Below are positions 1 to 10,676 of a DNA stretch of 44,556 bases, piece by piece. Each line of letters begins with the position of its first letter. Within the stretch, counting starts at the first letter, position 1. A program made the position numbers and the translations under genes. Source of the DNA: Catajapyx aquilonaris (lineage: Eukaryota); assembly GCA_000934665.2 (NCBI GenBank), contig JYFJ02003248.1, positions 1 to 44,556 on the forward strand, read 5' to 3'. The notes beneath the pieces were generated by a model. It worked only from the letters and a program-made list of their open reading frames with translations, did no database searches and was not told where the DNA came from.

Positions 1-155
1 TTCGGAAACTGACTATCCCACCGCTGCCACCATGTTATGTGCTATGCCACTAGCACATAAGGATTTGATGAGACTAATAACACAAGTATAGGTTTACAAG
101 CACTCTGTATTGGATCAACTCTTGTATACATGCAAAGGCTATAGAGGCCTGGCTT

Positions 156-298
156 GCACTGGTGATCTCGTGGGCACAGGGAGAGGTCTCGCCTCAGGTG
201 GGGAGAGGAGGAGGAGGATTGCACCACCGTGTGTAACATCCCGAGCGCCCCACTGGCCGGCCTCGGTGAGGGGGGAAATCCCACGAGATCACCAGTGC
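156..298. repeat. GC-rich fold-back with perfect 19-bp arms and nested internal stems
   Basis: gcactggtgatctcgtggg (156-174) is the exact reverse complement of cccacgagatcaccagtgc (280-298). Confidence 0.85.
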
Positions 299-331
299 TG
301 GAAACAGTCCGATTAGTATCGTACTACAACA

Positions 332-539
332 CTAACCTCCTGGGGAACAGCACATGACCCGTTTTCAGACGTGCACTTGCACCAATGTTCCCTCCCCGAA
401 AATCCCTATCCTTACCTCTTGTCCTTTCTTCCTTGCACCGGTGTTAGAAGAAAATAATAAGAAAATTGAAGGAAAATGGTGGTAATCCACCCCCCTATAA
501 GGGCCCATGGCCCTAGCACGGGGTAACGTAAAAAAAAAA
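332..539 (+). mobile_element. Retroposon 3' tail with A-run, homologous to the 3' 200 nt of the SINE at 30176-30378
   Basis: Shared blocks CTAACCTCCTGGGGAACAGCACATGACCC, TGCACTTGCACC, TCCTTGCACCGGTGT and CACGGGGTAACGT(A)n. Confidence 0.85.
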
Positions 540-1687
540 TGAAGAGACGAATTCAGCGGACAAATCGGCAGAAATGAGTACATACTGTAGCATGAGGGGA
601 AGACACCTGTCGTATTATCAAACATCGGACAATCTTCAAGCACTACAGATGACATGCTCGTGATTTTTCCAACATAGTAAAAGGCAGTAGAGCGAAAGAG
701 ACTGCTCTATAGTATTATTTGCTCATATGGCCAGTGACGGCATCGGATACGCGCCTAGAAACCACTTAGTCTACTGAATTAAATATTAATTGGTGCAATG
801 GGTAGTCTAATCTCTAATGTATAGTGGGTCTCTAAGAGCGGTTTACATTATTGCAGCTTTCGTAGAATGTATCATACATTCATACTGTATGATTTTTCCA
901 AATTGTAGGTTACACAATATTGCGCATGTAGCTGTAGGAAATGAATTATTTATTTTTTCGGTCTGGTTCAAGAATGTAGATTTCTTTCGGACAAATAAGA
1001 CTATTGTGGCGATGGCTCGTCCTTTTGTGTACTGTACACCTGGGAGTGACATTTACCTGCTACTAACATGCCTACGTACCGCAAGCTTTACGCGGATCGC
1101 GGCATAATCACTCACAGATAAGCCTACAAAACAAGTGCCGCCAATAGTAGTTCGCCGATATAGCATAGGGTTACCTCATCCCTCAATGATTAATGCCACC
1201 CATCGTGTCATCTGAATGCTGGCCACTCCGGATCACCCACCATAACTGACATAATTCTGACACTTCTGACAACTTTGTGAGTGCAATAAGGTAGGCATAC
1301 CGTAGCCTACTGCGTACTTAGCTAGTCGCGGAGCTGTCATGCCTTATACTTGTTATAACATACGTTTTTCGAGGCATATGAGATATGACAACTTTTCGCT
1401 TTGCCGAGCCTTATACCATGCATTGATGCATTCTTTAGGTAGGTAGGTCTGCTATACTTTCCAGAAAAACTAAGAGATGCAATCTTGCTCTACTCAATAG
1501 TCGTGCAGGACTATTGTCCTATATACATCACAGCCTCACATACACTGCTGTACACTGGCACCTCTCTAAACATGTTACCGTGTACTTCACAGGTTACAAC
1601 AAGAAGAAAAAAACACGGATAAATGTAATGGTATCCAGCCTTGCCCATGGCAATAATCTGAGTGCGACAGTAGTAGTGACAGTATTG

Positions 1688-1693
1688 TTTATT
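1688..1693 (-). terminator. Polyadenylation signal AATAAA of the small secreted protein gene
   Basis: tttatt on the + strand, about 50 nt downstream of the stop codon in gene orientation. Confidence 0.6.
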
Positions 1694-1744
1694 ACCACAT
1701 ATACACATTTGTACACAAAGCTGTGCAAGCTCAGATAAGACGTC

Positions 1745-2002
1745 TTAAAATCCTCCTCCAAAACCTCCTCCGTGATGACCTCCGCCGAATCCCTTATTGG
1801 ACACGCTGTGCTTGATGTAACTCACTCCATCCTTATGGTGGTTGCTGACATGGAAGTCGTAATGATGTCCATCCGATCTTGCGGCCACTTGAGCCGAGCC
1901 ATACTTGTCTTTTATGGCAAATCCGTACTTGTGCTTGGCGTGACCTTCTCCAGAAACACAAACCATCACACACGCCGCAAGCACCAGGCAAATGATGATG
2001 AG
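1745..2002 (-). CDS. Exon 2 (terminal) of a small secreted His/Gly-rich protein. Spliced product 88 aa: MTKLIIICLVLAACVMVCVSG-EGHAKHKYGFAIKDKYGSAQVAARSDGHHYDFHVSNHHKDGVSYIKHSVSNKGFGGGHHGGGFGGGF
   Basis: Minus-strand acceptor ttttcag ends at 2003. Open frame runs to TAA at 1745-1747. A hydrophobic signal-peptide core is followed by a His/Gly-rich mature region. The ORF-track start at 2035 lies inside the intron. Confidence 0.88.
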   Translation of the reverse strand, partial: LIIICLVLAACVMVCVSGEGHAKHKYGFAIKDKYGSAQVAARSDGHHYDFHVSNHHKDGVSYIKHSVSNKGFGGGHHGGGFGGGF

Positions 2003-2122
2003 CTGAAAATTGACACTCCCAATAGTTATATACATGCAGATTTGCAGGTGTCCATCAGGTAAGAACTAGGTGGCATGTCCCCTCAAGTTGCAATTTCGAC
2101 GTTCAACTGTTCAAAGACTCAC

Positions 2123-2131
2123 CTTGGTCAT
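2123..2131 (-). CDS. Coding part of exon 1 (ATG ACC AAG, MTK) of the secreted His/Gly-rich protein
   Basis: Minus strand reads catcATGACCAAG|gtgagt, a consensus donor. A 120-bp phase-0 intron (2003-2122) joins in frame to LIIICLV, giving a typical signal peptide. Confidence 0.85.
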
Positions 2132-2187
2132 GATGCTGGTTGTTGTTTAAACAGACTGAGTTCACTTCTGTATGGTGCAAGTATGCT

Positions 2188-2223
2188 GACTGACAGCACC
2201 TTAAGCATACTGCTCTTTTTATA
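2188..2223 (-). promoter_or_regulatory. Core promoter: TATA box (TATAAAAA, 2223-2216) and arthropod-type initiator (TCAGTC, 2193-2188); predicted TSS about 2191
   Basis: The first T of the TATA box is 32 nt from the initiator A, which is canonical spacing. The TSS is about 60 nt upstream of the ATG. Confidence 0.8.
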
Positions 2224-4246
2224 CTAGGGGTGTTTAGAGTAGCGGAAAATGAGAGATGGATCAAAGTGAAATTTAGATCGGTGCCATGATGTAATTGTCG
2301 CATGCTCGGCAAGTGTCCGGAGAAACTGGGCCATAGAAACGCATAAGCGTATGTGTGAAAAAAACACTGTACGTAGATATCAACAAATCATAAGTTGGTA
2401 CAGTAAACCTACCGTTGCGTATAGTCTAAACATAGGTTATGGTGAAATGCAGCGTGTTTTTTCTCGGTATGTGAGTATGCGTGCCGTCGGTTTGCCTTTT
2501 GTGTACACGGTTCTAGTTTTTTTGGAAAAGTTTTGAACCGCTCAACGGTAGCCAGGTACGTTTCCTATAATTTGGGGAGAAAAATGTAAGTAATACGGTA
2601 TATCCTGCGTGCTACAAAATGAAGCAGTCTTGTGACACTCACCAGAAGATAGCCATCGGGTTACAGATGATGATGTACTGTATGTCTGGCCATATATAAG
2701 ATACCTGTAATAACACACGTAATTTCTCCGTTCATGATGAATACATACTTTCTGCTATTATCGTATAGTCTACTAATGGGCACTTGTACCGGTACATACA
2801 GTATTATGATATAAAAACATCAAGGCGTGAACCAGTGACGATCAAATAACCGCATAAATTCGCTGATAAGAAGTAATACAATGCATGATAATGACGAAAT
2901 TGAAAGTGACAGTCACTACATAGAGTGTAATGCGGTTGCAAATCGCACAATAATTGAAAGATAAGTGCCAAGTACACCCTAAAAATTTATGATTGAATAC
3001 ATAGTATATGTTGATTACTATAGGCGTATACGCGTATATGTTACGCATAGGTCACTCGTGATACATTTATTTAATGGTTGTGGGAGTATATAAGTAAACT
3101 GGATTAGTAAAAATACTGAAGACCATTCAGAGTTTGTAAAATTTATTAATAATATACTCATATTCATTTAATCTTTCCTTTCTGTTTTGGTAATCAATAG
3201 GCTACTGCTGTATATATTGAATCAGCCTTCTTACAGCGGAACCGCTCCTTTCCGTAATAATTTACCTTATTGAACCATTTGCGACAAAAATACATCGAAT
3301 ATCTTACGTCGGGACCGAAAAAAAAAGTTATGCAAAAGTTAAGTTGCCGTTGTACGTACTGTACTACATCCATATAGTCCGTAGCCTTATAATAGACATT
3401 GCATTGAAACTTGAAATTATTGACACGGGCTCTATGGCTTATTTGCAATACCGATATACGCGTATAATTGCCAAGGACGTGCACCGGTATGCTAATCCAA
3501 CGTAAGAGACAAACAGTGGACAATAATAGTCAGCGGAAATAGACAGGGGAGTGAGGGTTATCAACCGTTTTAAATGAGCTATACACTTAGCCCTGTCATA
3601 CGTATCCGGCCACTCTATAAGCCACACACACCTCGTTAGCAAAATAATTACTCAGTGATGTCACACCTGAACAACAACAGACTTGTGTCCATCAAGGTAT
3701 TCTTTCATATAATTTTTTTAAATTTTTACAAACACATGACTGTAGCTACTCAACCGCGCATGTATAGGCTACACAGCACTCCAACCTGCCAGATATCGCC
3801 TTCGGGCTTGCACACCGCGCGAAAAGAATAATTTGTATGACCATCATTCTGGGGCAGCAATATAGCAGCAGTATGCAGATAGTATGGTGGGTATAGGTAC
3901 GGAGAGGTGCGCAGAGAGAGTTGCGTGTAAGTCCGTCGTATTTATTCAATTTGGGCCACCAGTTGCTGGCAGTCATGGACGAGACTCGGGACTCGCGGGA
4001 GCTTCTCGTGTCTCCCTAGATACTCACATTCTCGTGCTCCATACCTCGTGTACATAGTCACGCTACCTGATTCCGAGTGGGGGACAAGAGACTTCAAAAC
4101 ACTAAAGAGAGACAGTCATTTGAGAGGGAGTGATTCTTCGGCGGTTCCAAGGGTTCAGAGATGGCAATGGCGGTGCAAGAAGATATCCTCGGCAGTCCCA
4201 AGGTACGTCAAACATCAATGGTCAGAAAAGGCAAAAAAAAAGGGGG

Positions 4247-4247
4247 N
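4247..4247. other. Single ambiguous base (N), possibly an assembly junction
   Basis: n follows an A-run and a G-run; contiguity across it is not guaranteed. Confidence 0.8.
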
Positions 4248-7200
4248 TCACACGTGAGTCAATGGTTACTGCTCCGGGGACCTTAACTGCTAATAAAATC
4301 ATGCAATTATTACTGGTATTACAAAATGTTTCTATAGTGTGCCATAGCATTTATTCCACTGATACAGATTATATCAAAATGACTGCACCACTTTTTTTTA
4401 CCCGACGTAGTTGTGCACATGTCTGACAGAATATATGATTGTCTAATCTTGGCGTTGTCCTTGACACGCAAAGGATTTTGGTGATTCTCTATATGCATGG
4501 TTTACGTGCGTAATCATTGGCGTATGGCCATAGGAAGTACTGCTACAGTGCAGCTCATGCGTCTTGTTGTCTACTCGTGCAAGATCAATGACATTTTCCA
4601 GAAGTAAATAACAAGCATAAAACTCAGTAAACATAAAAGATCTCATCGAGATATTTACCAAAGTGACACAAAAGTTGTTGTTATTCCCCAGATATGTTTT
4701 AATGCTAGAGTTCTTTAACCTCACACTTTTAAACAAAAGTTTTCGACCATAGAAACGGTTAGCATTCTGTATAGTGTAGGTCTACCGGTACAGTGGCAGA
4801 CATTTTTGACCGTCCTATACAGTACAGTGGTCCAATTAATTCTGCAGCACTGGCACGCATCCACCAGAGCTCCAAGTTCGTCGCATTTATAAAGTCCTCC
4901 GTGTAGTCTTCTGCCAAAATTTCTTCTCTTGACCTCCAAATATACGTGTCTGTCTTGAAATACCTTTGCCACCTAACCGGAAGCCCCATGCAGATGCTTA
5001 ATGGTCGCACCTAACTCCTTGCTCTTGCTGTGAAATAATATTACAAACAACGACAATTGCTGGACATGAATTTTATATATAGTTTCTTGGCCAATACATT
5101 AACCACAGTATAAAATTATTTGAACATTTTTGTGATTACTCCTATGCATACAATTTGTCGATATTTTTTGTCTGGAAGGAACAGGTCCCGACCCAATACA
5201 AGCGTTAGCAGACCTGTAATATTGATAGTGTCACCCTAAATTGAAGAATTAATTAAAATTCCGCTCTTGATTGATTTATATCCCATTTTCGTTGATTCAG
5301 TAACAGGACACTTGTTTAGGACCGCCGATGTAATGCGTCTTTAGATCACTTACGACTAATCTAACTTTGATATGCTAATGTTTGCCATTAGATACCGATG
5401 TTGTCAGGAGTTGTACTTTATCTGGACAGTGAGTGGTGGGAACTTGTAGTCCTTAAGATGACAAATTCCGGTTAATTAGCAGGTGGCCATTGGCTCCTCA
5501 CTCATGATTTTTTTATAGATATCATCGTCGCCAAATAGGTTGCCAAGTACGAGTAAGAATTTCTGACAAAGTCTGCCTATTATGTAATTATTTCATTATC
5601 TAAAGTGGGCTCTACCAACAATATCTACCGGTACCGTATATGTCAAAACTAATTTCAAGTGCAGAGGCTTCCTGAGGCACGTTTTAGACTGAATGATAGG
5701 ATAGCATCCAATTTGCATCAAAGGTTTTCCGGATAGCCTATACGTGGATGATCAATGGAGATAAGAATTTTTCCCCTCCATGTCGACCAGGATTCAACCT
5801 TTGCTACACGGCGAAGGGTTGAGGCCAATGAGGAGAACTTTTTGGAACTCAGTGTGGCTGTTTCGCTAAAAATACGCAGGGATCGGTCCAAGAAGTCGCC
5901 TCTGGAGTAGCTTGTTTGCTGAAAGCACTTTTTTCTATCTTCTTTTTCTAACTTTCGTGTTTTCAATGGAGCTAGGAATACGTCATGATGGACGAAGTTC
6001 GGCATATATTGAGCAGAGGGTGGGAAACTCTCCAGAATGAAACTCCGAAAAACTTTACCTTATAGGTATAAGGTAGCTAGTAGTCTATTGCTTAAAATAG
6101 GCAAGTATGTATAAGTAGCGTCGTCGCACATTAATATCAGAAATATCAGAATATGCGAATGTGACTTCCTTACAGCTTTGTACAAATAATACATCATAAA
6201 TAATTACCTGGAAGCTAAAAGAAATGTGCGGATCATTGTGTACTACCGCTGTGTATGCTGACATTATAGTCAGATATTGTTCTCTAGACACGTCACGACA
6301 AGCTATTCTGGAATGTATGAAGCACTTATATGACATATCAAGAGTGCAATATTCATCGAGTTATGTTTTATGGAGCAGCTTGCTCCAAGGGCACAGTATG
6401 CAGCATGACCAGCAAAATACAATAACAGACCTATAATTTTTCAGGTGCTTTTCGGTAAAATATTTCCCATTGTCAACATTGCTCTAGGCTCTATGGAGCC
6501 TTAAAATTCCAATAGTCTATTATACGCTAGCAGTGCTTCATTCAATACCTATATACCACATTCTCGTAATTCTTACCTGAAATCAATAGTAATTCGGTTC
6601 ATTACACTGTGCAGGTAACATTGTGCAATGATGTTACATAATAATAATTGTGCAGAAAACGAGACGTTTTTCTCTCGATATTATCGACTCACGAAACTCC
6701 ACGCCTTTCCAGTCCTATTTCATTCATTCCTACAAAGGGAAGCACTTTGTATCCTTTTGTATGCAAAGTAATGATTTATTAAAGGTGACGGAAGTAATAA
6801 TTAGGATACTCCTTAAAGTGAATCGACTGAATATTTCACGAGATCTCCGTTAAGCCTGAGAACTTACGAGCTTAAAAATCGGTTACAAATATTTTGCCGA
6901 GCAGTAGGTTTAATGAGATACCGTACTATGACAAGTCAGTAGCTTGCAAGTAGTAAAGGGTGATGCAGGAATGACAGCGTATATGGATGCAGCCCAGCCT
7001 GAAAATGTATAGGTCGAAGTAAGAATATTATTACGGAATCTCAAAAAGGGTCTTTTGTTTTCAATAAATATAGTCCTATATATTTTAAATAACAGATGTT
7101 CACGATTTAAAATTATGCTATACAAAACATAACAGTTAAAAATTACGAGAGTGTCGCTCTTTATGAAAATACTGCAAGAATCAAGCTTCCAGTTGAGGGG

Positions 7201-7309
7201 GTACTCACTCAGATAATATGCATGCGTATAGCAGTACAGTATGGGGGTATGAGTATACGTATGCAAGGCTATACGTAGTCTAATATTTTTTAAAGCTCGG
7301 ACCGGCTGG

Positions 7310-7365
7310 GCCGAAGAGTTCTGCTATAATATTATTTTATTATAGGCCTCGCAGAACTCTTTGGC
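7310..7365. repeat. Short inverted repeat or hairpin
   Basis: gccgaagagttctgc / gcagaactctttggc (14/15) around an AT-rich, partly self-complementary spacer. Confidence 0.7.
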
Positions 7366-10295
7366 TAGGACAGACGTCACTATAATATGGTAGCTATTAC
7401 CAATATAGTCGCAACAACGCCATCAAAGTCTACATCATTTCAAACTGAAATCAACGTATAGTTTGTAAGTGATTACCATTTCGCTTTCAGTCTACAGTTC
7501 CCATCACGCAGATTTCATATATCCATGTGCGGGATCAATACATAATTCGTGGAGTGCAATACTTGGGAACAATTAAAATAATGATTTTCATATTAGAAGA
7601 TGTGTTGGGTCTGTTTATCATATGGGATTTTCTTCCAAAGCATTCATCGCACGTAGCATGCAATTAAAAGGCTGACTCTGAATTTTAAATTACTATATTT
7701 GTAGGAACGAATTCTACATTTTTTCAACTCATTTGGACGAACATTCCGATATTTGAGACAGCTAATTCTTATTCTGTTATCGCAAAATATAGAAGTCAAT
7801 AGCTTTTCCGTATGCAACTATGTACAGGGCAGCATATGCCATCGCCATCCTCATTACACCTGTAAAGTAAAAGTTTTATGATTTTTACCTATGAAGAGTC
7901 CAAAAAAATGACAAAGGGTTTCCATATATAACAGCATTAACACGAATGGTACAACTACCAGTACATCTCGTTCCGTGTAATGCATTTTACATAGCCTAAT
8001 TATGCACAAACGTACAGAGAACAAGAGGGAAACAGGGAGAAAGAACAATTCATCGTGTTCACATGACGGCTGAATTTTTCTCTAAATTCTTTTGTAATAC
8101 AGGCCTTATGAACTCACACCCAGACATATATCCATTGCCCCTCTCGTGCCCCATTGAAATCAATAGGACGTCAGCTGTGAGAAAAATCATAAAGCTCTGG
8201 ACAATATTTAGGTCCATTAAAAGCATGTAGGATATTTTTCAGAGGTGTAACAAATAGGTTGGAATCGGTTGGAATAACGTTACATTGAGAAATACATGCT
8301 GTCTGTATTGGCAGGCTCACACTGTCGTAAGGAGAGCAGCCTTTTGGTTTTCCAATGTGACAGATAAATATAATATTTACAAGCCTTTCTACAACAACAC
8401 TATAGGAACAACTCTATTTTAAAAAATACTAAACTATTCCATCACTGTCATTATTCTGAAAATGGTGAAGATTACTGCACTTATCCTACTGTAAGTTACT
8501 GTAAAGTTTTTATAAAGAATTTTAATGTGGACTGTGTTGTTACATTTACGCATATAAGGACTCTTCTGATAATAATCGAGCCTTGCTGTATATACGTACT
8601 ACGTACCGTATAAAAACAGACCTTGTTATTGTTAGGTTCGTGTTCCCATATCAGCATATAAATTACAATTATGCACATAATATACATTAATACTATATAC
8701 ATTAATATACATTTTGAAGGCTATACCGGAATACCCTTTAAATTACGTCCATAAACTCTGTATTAAAATACAGTTACTTAATTACTTTTTTCACTTTTAA
8801 AAACGTTAACTTTTAACTGCATTATTATATTTAGATAGTTTTATCTGCATAGTAATCCAATTAAGTTTAAAACTAACTGGATAAAACAGTAATGGTAGTT
8901 TCACAAGCGACACAGTGCGTGCGGGTTTTTTGTAGATTCAAACGAATTCTAATTTTTTGGGGCCAAGACATAAAATGCAATTATCAAGCTCCAGGTCCTT
9001 TAATCTAATGTATTGTTGTTACAAAAGTTTGCGCATTTTAATGGGATAATTATCCAGCATTATCAGGTCATTCGCTTGTTATTTTTCACACAGGTCCCTG
9101 CAGGCAAAATGACAAAATAAAAGTGTAGATGGCCGCCATTCTGCAAATTAGTCAATACACTTGGGTTACTACAGGTGAAGCAGTCCAATTATTACAGTAT
9201 TTCTGAGTAGCTACATTTTTCATTCCCAAGGCATATACCACAAAAATATTCTGTGAGTATAATAAGCATGTGGAACGTCGGTATAATAAGAACCACGCAG
9301 CAGTAGAAACTGTAGCAAATTATGCTAAACTTAATTCACTAAATTAAGTCTGCATTCTAGCAGAAGGCATTTCCTCGCACTAAGCTCCAAAATAATGTTG
9401 GGATGCAAGGAGAAACCCGAGTCCTGATGAAGTCAGGCTAGTAAGACACGCCTGTAGCATTCAGCAGGGAAGGAGAGAAACCGCAGACATTACAATTATG
9501 GTCACAAAAATCATTCTATATCTCACTTACAGGCCATTCTCATACCAAAAAGAAAGAAAAAATTGCCTATAATTTCATCTTTCCCAGTCCTTTTCCATTC
9601 TTCAAACATAAAGACTATAACCCATGTAGACTACTGTACCTTGAGTGATTGGGGGTTGGAATAACTGGCAGGATGACCTCTCTTATGCGGAGGTTTGATG
9701 ACACCAAAGTTAACACTGATGCGATTAACGCCACATTAGTGAAGTCGAAATAGATCAAATTATGCTTGGAATATAGTTGCAGAAGCTATTCCAAGAGGAA
9801 GTGTGCACCTTTATGATTGAGCATACGATTGTATTAAAATAATGCAGTAACTACTATGTCGGTTTCTAATAGAGCAATATTAATTATTTTCATTTAGCAG
9901 TTTCATTGCCGAGTAAGTTTATTTGTTGCTATGTACGAGTAAAATGACTACATTGCATCTACGTAAATATATGCGGCATCCGAAACGACATAAGGGCAAT
10001 TAGGCCAATTTACGCTAATGACAAGATCGCTCTATGACACCGTGCACTAAAATGTATGGCATATTACACTGTACACTACACCTATCCAAAATCCAATATT
10101 GATAAGTCAATCAGGTAATATTATCGCTCTAATGCGGCTGTCTCACCGAGTTAAAAACAATGTCGGGTCTGTAACCATTACACCTATATGCACCTAAAAT
10201 AAAGCAGTGTAGGCCTACCGCACGACCAAACAGGAGCTCACCTTTACACAGTGCTGTGATCCACAATACTTGTCCGATTCATTTTTGGAGTTAAT

Positions 10296-10363
10296 CTGCT
10301 TATTTCTATATAGCCATTACTTTTGCATATATGCAAAAGTAATGGCTATATATAAATAAGCAG
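10296..10363. repeat. 68-bp spacerless palindrome with a single mismatch
   Basis: ctgcttatttctatatagccattacttttgcata | tatgcaaaagtaatggctatatataaataagcag (33 of 34 pairs). Confidence 0.92.
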
Positions 10364-10581
10364 TTAGGCCTACTTTTAATGGTCATCACCAGTATTAACT
10401 GATAATTTTAAGTTACATGTACCCGTGTACCAATCCTTTTTAACGCCTGCATGGGGTCTGCGGCATGCACAAAGTGGCCTTTGTCATTGAGTAACGTGAG
10501 ATGGCAATTAATATATTGGGTCTATAATGAGCTATTATTTATCGGAGATACTTTGCAGTTCAGAGCCTGAATGTACGATTT

Positions 10582-10676
10582 GGGGGAAGGTGATGCGGTG
10601 GTCGAGATGGTAACGTCTCGGCTTGCTGTGCGAAAGGTCGCGGGTTCTAATCCCCGCCCGGGAGTTACCTTTCACA
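10582..10676 (+). mobile_element. 3'-truncated copy (tRNA-like head only) of the same SINE family
   Basis: GATGGTAACGTCTCGGCTTGCTGTG is identical to the 30.5 kb copy. Box B is degenerate (GGTTCTAATCCCCGCC) and similarity ends after CCTTTCAC. Confidence 0.8.

Noticed and set aside
61..320. Hammerhead or HDV ribozyme around the long hairpin (TTGATGAG ... GAAACAGTC)
   Set aside because: Stem I cannot form, the core C is missing, and I could not build an HDV double pseudoknot.
1772..2062. Plus-strand 96-aa ORF
   Set aside because: Antisense shadow of the real minus-strand exon.
4443..5010. Three overlapping minus-strand ORFs as a decayed TE or viral gene
   Set aside because: No recognisable motif or splice structure; would need a BLASTx hit.
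8911..8930. CACAGTG as a Transib or RSS-like terminus
   Set aside because: No matching inverted end found.
9412..9470. GAAAC...GTC CTGATGA hammerhead-like words
   Set aside because: No room for stem I between GTC and CTGATGA, and no GAAA after the following stem.
10582..10665. tRNA gene (TGC triplet, T-loop-like sequence)
   Set aside because: No acceptor stem and a degenerate box B; shares a 25-nt identical block with the SINE head at 30.5 kb.
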